A model generated the notes under the pieces. That model had not been told where the DNA came from, did no database searches, and saw only the letters and a program-made list of their open reading frames with translations. From Yuukianura sp. NJ FZ-2021 (taxonomy: Eukaryota), in NCBI GenBank assembly GCA_046563655.1, contig CM102287.1, positions 558,001 through 622,000 on the forward strand: a stretch of 64,000 nucleotides of DNA, written 5' to 3'. Of the stretch, positions 9,128-19,241 are shown piece after piece. The translations under genes and the position numbers were made by a program. The first letter of the stretch is position 1. Every line of letters starts with the position of its first letter.

Positions 9128-10238
9128 TGAAACCTCTCCCATCTCTCACTCTAACTATCATCGTATCATCATCTAATCTACATTCTCCTACGCTATCAAT
9201 GGCGATAGAGAAATAATCAATCAATCTAACGATAATCCATAATCATAAATATCCAATAAAAAAAAGAGAAAGAACGGAATACCTATTCCTCATGAAGTTG
9301 CTCCCTAACTGATCTATGTTAGAACGATGACCTACTAGTCTAGCACTAGTCCTGGGGTTTCCTAAGTTCTTGGATTGGTTGGTGGAAGTCGGTAGGAATG
9401 AAAGTGAAAGTAGCTACACTTCAATGCTCTTTAAACATTTGTGGGCATAACCCAGCAGGAGGACCTGAGTACTTTTACTAGTAAAGTGCTGTGGCTTTAC
9501 ATACCTGAGGTTTTGGCCTGGCCTTGGCGCTACCCCTTACTGATGTTTGTATTGACCTCTCGACCTCTCCTTGGGTTGGCTGGAGACTTTGGTTGGTGGT
9601 GGCACTCCCGGGTTGACCCACGGTGGCTGGAGCGTCTCGTTGGAAGTTAGAAGTTGAAAGAAGTGAAGAAAAGAAATAGAAGTGAAAGTAGTTGCTTTTA
9701 ATTTAGACTTAAGGGCCAGGCTGGCCGAGTGCCTACTAGAAGTTAAGAGTTAAGTAAAAGCTACCGGACAACTGACCAAGAGGTCGGACTACCGATCCTC
9801 TATTTATCCCTAAAGATTAGACGATCTGAACATGCAAGAACATGATCTTCGAACTCATTAACTAATAAACATGTCAAATTAATCTACACTTTGTAACTAC
9901 AAAGTTTCAAAATCATCAAGTTTTCTAGTCTTTTTCTTATCTATGTTCTTACCAAAAAGACATAAACTTTGTCTTAGAATTTGAATTAGTAATGCTAACT
10001 AAGTGAAACTTAAGTCACGTCAGATTACTCATGACTTGACTTTTACTGTTGATTGCGAAAAGTCATAAACTTTTCGCAGTTGATAAGGGTGATCAGTCAG
10101 CACCCTGGGGTCGTCTCCCTCCTGATTAGGGAACACGCGAAAAAGGAATGAACTAATTCATTCCCTTCTCCTGTGCTCCAGTGAGAAATCTGCCAATCAA
10201 TACTTTAAAATTGATTGACAGCTTTCTCCACTGTTACA
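9128..10238 (-). repeat. 5' LTR, 1111 bp
   Basis: Minus-strand termini TGTAACAG...GGTTTCA; bounded by the PBS on one side and satellite sequence on the other. The partner LTR is not in the window. Confidence 0.88.
9697..9807 (-). promoter_or_regulatory. Candidate LTR core promoter and poly(A) signal
   Basis: Minus strand has a TATA-like ATAAATA (9807-9801), a TCAGTT initiator about 30 nt downstream (9775-9770), and ATTAAA (9702-9697). Confidence 0.55.
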
Positions 10239-13200
10239 ACATCAAAATCGAACATTCAGCATCATTTGTTATTTTGATTAAAATTTTTAGGAAATACTTT
10301 TTTATGTCATACTACCACCTTGCACTTCCAATAAAGCACACCTGAATAACTGGTGTTCAACAATAATCTGGAATTATATTTTAGCCCAACTCCACTATGC
10401 AACAAGTGCATAAATCTAACTGTCATTTTGGTATAAACTAATGTGGGAACTATACAACGAAGTTTTAAACATACTGAAAAATGGAATTTATGCCTTGTTA
10501 TCGCTTATAACCATCTTCATGGAACGCATCTAATAAAGGTCCACTTTGTCGTAGTGCATCAACGACTATTACACACGGTGAACCACTTGTTGTCAGCCTT
10601 CATCTTTGAGCACAAAGGAGAAGTGCCGGTGAAATGACAAGCTCGCCCTCACTACAGATACCTGCCAGTACTCATTTTGACACTACGAATCACAATGACT
10701 CCGACGGCAATGGAACTTCAGGGGATCCCATTATTACATTTTCTAAATCAAAATCGAACATTCAGCATTATTTGTTATTTTGATTAAAATTTTTAGGAAA
10801 TACTTTTTTATGTCATACTACCACCTTGCACTTCCAATAAAGCACACCTGAATAACTGGTGTTCAACAATAATCTGGAATTATATTTTAGCCCAACTCCA
10901 CTATGCAACAAGTGCATAAATCTAACTGTCATTTTGGTATAAACTAATGTGGGAACTATACAACGAAGTTTTAAACATACTGAAAAGTGGAATTTATGCC
11001 TTGTTATCGCTTATAACCATCTTCAAATAACGCATCTAATACCGGTCCACTTTGTCGTAGTGCATCAACGACTATTACACACGGTGAACCACTTGTTGTC
11101 AGCCTTCATTTTTGAGCACAAAGGAGAAGTGCCGGTGAAATGACAAGCTCGCCCTCACTACAGATACCAACCAGTACTCATTTTGACACGATGAATCACA
11201 ATGACTCCGACGGCAATGGAACTTCAGGGGATCCCATTATTACATTTTCTAAATCAAAATCGAACATTCTGCATTATTTGTTATTTTGAGTAAAATTGTT
11301 AGAAAAGACTTTTTAATGTCATACTACCACCTTGCACTTCCAATAAAGCACACCTGAATAACTGGTGTTCAACAATAATCTGGAATTATATTTTAGCCCA
11401 ACTCCACTATGCAACAAGTGCATAAATCTAACTGTCATTTTGGTATAAACTAATGTGGGAACTATACAACGAAGTTTTAAACATACTGAAAAATGGAATT
11501 TATGCCTTGTTATCGCTTATAACCATCTGCAAGGAACGCATCTAATACCGGTCCACTTTGTCGTAGTGCATCAACGACTATTACACACGGTGAACCACTT
11601 GTTGTCAGCCTTCATTTTTGAGCACAAAGGAGAAGTGCCGGTGAAATGACAAGCTCGCCCTCACTACAGATACCAACCAGTACTCATTTTGACACGATGA
11701 ATCACAATGACTCCGACGGCAATGGAACTTCAGGGGTTCCCATTATTACATTTTCTACATCAAAATCGAACATTCAGCATTATTTGTTATTTTGATTAAA
11801 ATTTTTAGGAAATACTTTTTTATGTCATACTACCACCTTGCACTTCCAATAAAGCACACCTGAATAACTGGTGTTCAACAATAATCTGGAATTATATTTT
11901 AGCCCAACTCCACTATGCAACAAGTGCATAAATCTAACTGTCATTTTGGTATAAACTAATGTGGGAACTATACAACGAAGTTTTAAACATACTGAAAAAT
12001 GGAATTTATGCCTTGTTATCGCTTATAACCATCTTCATGGAACGCATCTAATAAAGGTCCACTTTGTCGTGGTGCATCAACGACTATTACACACGGTGAA
12101 CCACTTGTTGTCAGCCTTAATTTTTGAGCACAAAGGAGAAGTGCCGGTGAAATGACAAGCTCGCAGTCACTACAGTTACCAACCAGTACTCATTTTGACA
12201 CTACGAATCACAATGACTCCGACGGCAATGGAACTTCAGGGGATCCCATTATTACATTTTCTAAATCAAAATCGAACATTCAGCATTATTTGTTATTTTG
12301 ATTAAAATTGTTTGAAAAGACTTTTTTGTCATACTACCACCTTGCACTTCCAATAAAGCACACCTGAATAACTGGTGTTCAACAATAATCTGGAATTATA
12401 TTTTAGCCCAACTCCACTATGCAACAAGTGCATAAATCTAACTGTCATTTTGGTATAAACTAATGTGGGAACTATACAACGAAGTTTTAAACATACTGAA
12501 AAGTGGAATTTATGCCTTGTTATCGCTTATAACCATCTTCAAATAACGCATCTAATACCGGTCCACTTTGTCGTAGTGCATCAACGACTATTACACACGG
12601 TGAACCACTTGTTGTCAGCCTTCATCTTTGAGCACAAAGGAGAAGTGCCGGTGAAATGACAAGCTCTCCCTCACTACAGATACCAACCAGTACTCATTTT
12701 GACACGATGAATCACAATGACTCCGACGGCAATGGAACTTCAGGGGATCCCATTATTACATTTTCTAAATCAAAATCGAACATTCTGCATTATTTGTTAT
12801 TTTGAGTAAAATTGTTAGAAAAGACTTTTTAATGTCATACTACCACCTTGCACTTCCAATAAAGCACACCTGAATAACTGGTGTTCAACAATAATCTGGA
12901 ATTATATTTTAGCCCAACTCCACTATGCAACAAGTGCATAAATCTAACTGTCATTTTGGTATAAACTAATGTGGGAACTATACAACGAAGTTTTAAACAT
13001 ACTGAAAAATGGAATTTATGCCTTGTTATCGCTTATAACCATCTGCAAGGAACGCATCTAATACCGGTCCACTTTGTCGTAGTGCATCAACGACTATTAC
13101 ACACGGTGAACCACTTGTTGTCAGCCTTCATTTTTGAGCACAAAGGAGAAGTGCCGGTGAAATGACAAGCTCGCCCTCACTACAGATACCAACCAGTACT

Positions 13201-16200
13201 CATTTTGACACGATGAATCACAATGACTCCGACGGCAATGGAACTTCAGGGGTTCCCATTATTACATTTTCTACATCAAAATCGAACATTCAGCATTATT
13301 TGTTATTTTGATTAAAATTTTTAGGAAATACTTTTTTATGTCATACTACCACCTTGCACTTCCAATAAAGCACACCTGAATAACTGGTGTTCAACAATAA
13401 TCTGGAATTATATTTTAGCCCAACTCCACTATGCAACAAGTGCATAAATCTAACTGTCATTTTGGTATAAACTAATGTGGGAACTATACAACGAAGTTTT
13501 AAACATACTGAAAAATGGAATTTATGCCTTGTTATCGCTTATAACCATCTTCATGGAACGCATCTAATAAAGGTCCACTTTGTCGTAGTGCATCAACGAC
13601 TATTACACACGGTGAACCACTTGTTGTCAGCCTTCATCTTTGAGCACAAAGGAGAAGTGCCGGTGAAATGACAAGCTCGCCCTCACTACAGATACCTGCC
13701 AGTACTCATTTTGACACTACGAATCACAATGACTCCGACGGCAATGGAACTTCAGGGGATCCCATTATTACATTTTCTAAATCAAAATCGAACATTCAGC
13801 ATTATTTGTTATTTTTATTAAAATTTTTAGGAAATACTTTTTTATGTCATACTACCACCTTGCACTTCCAATAAAGCACACCTGAATAACTGGTGTTCAA
13901 CAATAATCTGGAATTATATTTTAGCCCAACTCCACTATGCAACAAGTGCATAAATCTAACTGTCATTTTGGTATAAACTAATGTGGGAACTATACAACGA
14001 AGTTTTAAACATACTGAAAAGTGGAATTTATGCCTTGTTATCGCTTATAACCATCTGCAAGGAACGCATCTAATACCGGTCCACTTTGTCGTAGTGCATC
14101 AACGACTATTACACACGGTGAACCACTTGTTGTCAGCCTTCATTTTTGAGCACAAAGGAGAAGTGCCGGTGAAATGACAAGCTCGCCCTCACTACAGATA
14201 CCAACCAGTACTCATTTTGACACGATGAATCACAATGACTCCGACGGCAATGGAACTTCAGGGGATCCCATTATTACATTTTCTAAATCAAAATCGAACA
14301 TTCAGCATTATTTGTTATTTTTATTAAAATTTTTAGGAAATACTTTTTTATGTCATACTACCACCTTGCACTTCCAATAAAGCACACCTGAATAACTGGT
14401 GTTCAACAATAATCTGGAATTATATTTTAGCCCAACTCCACTATGCAACAAGTGCATAAATCTAACTGTCATTTTGGTATAAACTAATGTGGGAACTATA
14501 CAACGAAGTTTTAAACATACTGAAAAATGGAATTTATGCCTTGTTATCGCTTATAACCATCTGCAAGGAACGCATCTAATACCGGTCCACTTTGTCGTAG
14601 TGCATCAACGACTATTACACACGGTGAACCACTTGTTGTCAGCCTTCATTTTTGAGCACAAAGGAGAAGTGCCGGTGAAATGACAAGCTCGCCCTCACTA
14701 CAGATACCAACCAGTACTCATTTTGACACGATGAATCACAATGACTCCGACGGCAATGGAACTTCAGGGGTTCCCATTATTACATTTTCTACATCAAAAT
14801 CGAACATTCAGCATTATTTGTTATTTTGATTAAAATTTTTAGGAAATACTTTTTTATGTCATACTACCACCTTGCACTTCCAATAAAGCACACCTGAATA
14901 ACTGGTGTTCAACAATAATCTGGAATTATATTTTAGCCCAACTCCACTATGCAACAAGTGCATAAATCTAACTGTCATTTTGGTATAAACTAATGTGGGA
15001 ACTATACAACGAAGTTTTAAACATACTGAAAAATGGAATTTATGCCTTGTTATCGCTTATAACCATCTTCATGGAACGCATCTAATAAAGGTCCACTTTG
15101 TCGTAGTGCATCAACGACTATTACACACGGTGAACCACTTGTTGTCAGCCTTAATTTTTGAGCACAAAGGAGAAGTGCCGGTGAAATGACAAGCTCGCCC
15201 TCACTACAGTTACCAACCAGTACTCATTTTGACACTACGAATCACAATGACTCCGACGGCAATGGAACTTCAGGGGATCCCATTATTACATTTTCTAAAT
15301 CAAAATCGAACATTCAGCATTATTTGTTATTTTGATTAAAATTGTTTGAAAAGACTTTTTTGTCATACTACCACCTTGCACTTCCAATAAAGCACACCTG
15401 AATAACTGGTGTTCAACAATAATCTGGAATTATATTTTAGCCCAACTCCACTATGCAACAAGTGCATAAATCTAACTGTCATTTTGGTATAAACTAATGT
15501 GGGAACTATACAACGAAGTTTTAAACATACTGAAAAGTGGAATTTATGCCTTGTTATCGCTTATAACCATCTTCAAATAACGCATCTAATACCGGTCCAC
15601 TTTGTCGTAGTGCATCAACGACTATTACACACGGTGAACCACTTGTTGTCAGCCTTCATCTTTGAGCACAAAGGAGAAGTGCCGGTGAAATGACAAGCTC
15701 TCCCTCACTACAGATACCAACCAGTACTCATTTTGACACGATGAATCACAATGACTCCGACGGCAATGGAACTTCAGGGGTTCCCATTATTTCATTTTCT
15801 ACATCAAAATCGAACATTCAGCATTATTTGTTATTTTGATTAAAATTTTTAGGAAATACTTTTTTATGTCATACTACCACCTTGCACTTCCAATAAAGCA
15901 CACCTGAATAACTGGTGTTCAACAATAATCTGGAATTATATTTTAGCCCAACTCCACTATGCAACAAGTGCATAAATCTAACTGTCATTTTGGTATAAAC
16001 TAATGTGGGAACTATACAACGAAGTTTTAAACATACTGAAAAGTGGACTTTATGCCTTGTTATCGCTTATAACCATCCTCAAGTAACGCATCTAATACCG
16101 GTCCACTTTGTCGTAGTGCATCAACGACTATTACACACGGTGAACCACTTGTTGTCAGCCTTCATCTTTGAGCACAAAGGAGAAGTGCCGGTGAAATGAC

Positions 16201-16534
16201 AAGCTCGCCCTCACTACAGATACCTGCCAGTACTCATTTTGACACTACGAATCACAATGACTCCGACGGCAATGGAACTTCAGGGGATCCCATTATTACA
16301 TTTTCTAAATCAAAATCGAACATTCAGCATTATTTGTTATTTTGATTAAAATTTTTAGGAAATACTTTTTTATGTCATACTACCACCTTGCACTTCCAAT
16401 AAAGCACACCTGAATAACTGGTGTTCAACAATAATCTGGAATTATATTTTAGCCCAACTCCACTATGCAACAAGTGCATAAATCTAACTGTCATTTTGGT
16501 ATAAACTAATGTGGGAACTATACAACGAAGTTTT
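10239..16534. repeat. Satellite A (506-bp monomer, 504-bp variant), left block
   Basis: Near-identical head-to-tail units; the ORF-track starts recur every 506 or 504 bp. Confidence 0.99.
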
Positions 16535-16557
16535 TATCAGGAAATCTGATTCCCTCA

Positions 16558-16596
16558 TGCGTGAGGCCACGGGTTCGATTCCCGTCTGAGCCCCCA
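16558..16596 (+). other. DNA copy of a tRNA 3' half (positions 38-76 including CCA), tRNA-Pro-like; extended PBS
   Basis: T-GCGTG-AGGCC-ACGGG-TTCGATT-CCCGT-CTGAGCC-C-CCA parses as anticodon 3' stem, variable loop, perfect T arm, acceptor strand and CCA. The ending GAGCCCCCA is as in tRNA-Pro. No 5' half is present. Confidence 0.8.
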
Positions 16597-16598
16597 GT

Positions 16599-17954
16599 TG
16601 TAAGGATACGAATTTTCCAGTGGCCAATTAAGGGCTACAAATCCGGCTCTAATCTGAAACCCGCCCTTTCCGTTCGCTATCCCTTACGTTTACTTGACGG
16701 GCCCTTAGTAGTTTCACCTTAAGAAAGGGTTTCTTCTTTCTTAAGGGCCGATAGAAGGCACTTCACACTCCAGAAGGGTCAATAACCTGAGAATTTGCAC
16801 GTAGATTTGGCCTCTCTCCTCGCAGTCCAATGACCTCGACCTCTGACCTTTGACTTTTGACTTTCAACAAAGAAAATGACAACTCGACTCGTGAAACCGT
16901 TAACCAATCAGAAAGCTCTCCAGTTAATCAATCTTAATTGCTAAATGACTGAAAACTCCAATTAGTGACTCGTTAATTTAAATTGAATTTGAAATGATTG
17001 AAAGAAATTGAGAAATTCCAGAAGTCAGCTGATTCGAAGATAAATAAACGTAAACACGAATAACCTTTGACCCAATTGAGTGTGTGAGCAAAACAGAGTT
17101 CAAATACCAGAGACAATCCTAATTAGAAAACCCGCGTACGCGTGCGCGGCGTTAATTGATTGAATTAATTGGGAAAAACCGATAAAAGCTGAATCAAACT
17201 GAGAAAAACCGATTAAAACTGATTTAAATTGATGGAAAACTGATTTAAAACAATTACAAGTTAATGCGCGTTGAATGAAACAAAAAGGAAATGGAATTAC
17301 GCGCAGTTCCCGTCACTGAAGGTGAACAAAAGAACAGAAAACCGAAAACGCGAAAGAAAACGTGAAAACTTTAACGACGAAAACTTTAACGACGAAAGAA
17401 TTTAACGTGAAAACTTTAAGTGGTTCTCCGGATCACCCCGAGCAACCAAACCCTCGGCAGTATGCTGGAAGCCAGCAACACCCTGCCAATACCTGTAGTG
17501 GTCCCCGGTCGTCCTTCAAGCATCAATTCAGCAGCGTTTCCCCCTGGTTTACTGTGTACTGGAAAAGGCATGCATGGCAGTGGAAAGTCAGGCTAAGGTC
17601 TACTTTCTAGGCCAAAATGCATGCTTGTCCATACACAATGAACCATTAATTAAGGTAGTTTAGGTAGTTGATAGGTAACGGAACTTTAGTGATTTGAGTA
17701 GTTTAGGATTTTAGGTAATTTTTAGGATATTTTAGTTTTAGGTAATTAGCGTTAATTAGTTGGATAATTAGTTTTTAAGTTTTGTCTATCTGTTTGCTTG
17801 GAAAAGTACTGGGTGCTGCGGCGGTAAAGTGCGGGAACAGTTTTGGTTTAAATTTGAGTGAAATCTTTCCAGAGGTTTCACTCAAATTCTCACTAGATGG
17901 CGTATGCCGTCCAGGGCTCTTTGTGAAGTGACGCTCTGTTTTTGTGCTCTCACA
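16599..17954 (-). repeat. Single LTR of a second family, 1356 bp
   Basis: Minus-strand termini TGTGAG...CTTACA, with a PPT immediately upstream and a 2-nt spacer plus PBS/tRNA copy immediately downstream. Confidence 0.78.
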
Positions 17955-17955
17955 A

Positions 17956-17967
17956 CTTCCCCCCTCC
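17956..17967 (-). promoter_or_regulatory. Polypurine tract
   Basis: Minus strand GGAGGGGGGAAG, 1 nt before TGTGAG. Confidence 0.8.
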
Positions 17968-18208
17968 AATTGGCCCGAAAGTCATCGTGTTGAGAAATAT
18001 TATTTAGCAGACTCTAATACTATTTACAAAGTAACTGTGACTCTAAATTGTTTGGAAAAATTTAAGTAATTCGTACTTAGAACTGAATTTATAATTGAAT
18101 AAATTGAAAAACTTGAAGAATCCTCTTGAGTACTAACTTAGAAGGCAAGGAAACAAGATAGAATTAACTGGAAAACAATGACAATTAAGTGGAAAGGAAA
18201 CGGCGTCT

Positions 18209-18868
18209 TCAGTCGTCTTGATCCGAATCCTTGAACCCAAATTTCTCTTTCTTCATCATCCGAATTTTGGAATTGATTCTGAAGTTGTCCCTTCCCTCTT
18301 TCTCCAGTACTTCCAAACCCTCAAATTGAGTCGGCTCCTCGATTCCACGGTTGAGTGCAGGATGAAGAAAGACGCTGATTCCATCGTCGAAGTTCCACTT
18401 CTCCAGAAGATCATCATCTCCAACGTCGACTCGGGAAAGTTTTGGACGTCGTCTGGGAGTCTCAGCCTGGGTCATCCCCTTCTCCTTCTTGATTTTCACC
18501 CATGGAATGATTGGGGCCACTTCTGGAACTTCTAGGCGAGTGATCGGGGCTTCTGGGCGAGTGATCGGTTCTTCTGGACGAGTGATGGTGGCTTCTGGGC
18601 GAGTGATAGTGGCCTCTGGCTTCTTCTTTGGAGGAGACTTGGAAGTTCTTGGAACCGTCATTGGAACTGGAAGGTCGGCTGAAGTAATGGTAGATGATGG
18701 AATCTGCTTCACCGGAACTGACAACTTGGACTGAACTGTCTTTGAGTTTTTGGCCGTGGTCAACTTGAGGGGCTGAGCAAAGAGGTCGAACTGTGGAGGA
18801 CTTGGAGAACGACATCGAGCTTTCTTGGCAATCTGCCTCCGTTCCAGTGCTGCCTTCTGCTTCGCCAT
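18209..18868 (-). CDS. 219-aa basic, Pro-rich ORF with 7-aa tandem repeats, upstream of the PPT; function unknown
   Basis: Listed in the ORF track; repeats TRPEATI/TRPEATI/TRPEEPI/TRPEAPI come from 21-bp units; K/R clusters. Confidence 0.55.
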   Translation of the reverse strand: MAKQKAALERRQIAKKARCRSPSPPQFDLFAQPLKLTTAKNSKTVQSKLSVPVKQIPSSTITSADLPVPMTVPRTSKSPPKKKPEATITRPEATITRPEEPITRPEAPITRLEVPEVAPIIPWVKIKKEKGMTQAETPRRRPKLSRVDVGDDDLLEKWNFDDGISVFLHPALNRGIEEPTQFEGLEVLEKEGRDNFRINSKIRMMKKEKFGFKDSDQDD

Positions 18869-18889
18869 TTGAGCTGTGGCTGATTCCCT

Positions 18890-19241
18890 GAATCAGAGAG
18901 ATTCACGCAGAGGTTCACGCAGTCGCCAGAGTACACCACCTCCGTTTTTACCAGTTGTTGACACTCACGTTTCTGAATTAAATGCTGTCGATGCCATGCG
19001 CAACGACGTAGCCAAACTTAAAGAACAACTCTCCGGAGTTAATGAACTTAAAGATGATTTGAAAGTAATGATGGCACAGTTGGCTTCTTTGTCGTTTCCG
19101 GTTTACGAGTCGAGGAATCCACCTCGAGTCCTTACCGAGGGGAATTCGGATGAACTTTCGAGTGACGATGAACCCTCGAGTCGCTACCGTCGGGATTCTT
19201 CGGTCAGGCGACCGCCAAAGTCGGAGAAGCAGAACGAATTT
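18890..19241 (+). pseudogene. Oppositely oriented open fragment, possibly a Gag N-terminus (coiled-coil), truncated by the satellite
   Basis: Open frame containing MRNDVAKLKEQLSGVNELKDDLKVMMAQLASL (heptad pattern) that reads into satellite sequence. Gag identity is inferred only. Confidence 0.3.

Larger units (their letters stand above)
1..10238 (-). mobile_element. Ty3/Gypsy LTR retrotransposon with extra ORFs (5'LTR-PBS-MMP-gag-pol-ORF4); 3' end lies outside the window
   Basis: Pol domain order is PR-RT-RH-INT; gag has a CCHC knuckle; the LTR reads TGTAAC...GTTTCA and is followed after 2 nt by a tRNA-Arg PBS. All long ORFs are co-oriented and uninterrupted. The LTR abuts the satellite sharply at 10238/10239. 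Confidence 0.95.
16535..19241 (-). mobile_element. 2707-bp rearranged LTR-retrotransposon fragment inserted in satellite A without a TSD
   Basis: The satellite stops at ...gaagtttt (16534) and resumes at agtggaattta (19242), missing about 13 bp (aaacatactgaaa). The insert contains a PPT, one LTR and a tRNA copy. Confidence 0.85.

Noticed and set aside
16558..16596. Functional tRNA gene or SINE
   Set aside because: Only the 3' half is present, CCA is encoded, there is no A box, and it abuts an LTR end; better explained as primer-derived.
17650..17750. TTAGG-like motifs as telomeric repeat
   Set aside because: Scattered and degenerate within an LTR; not a tandem array.
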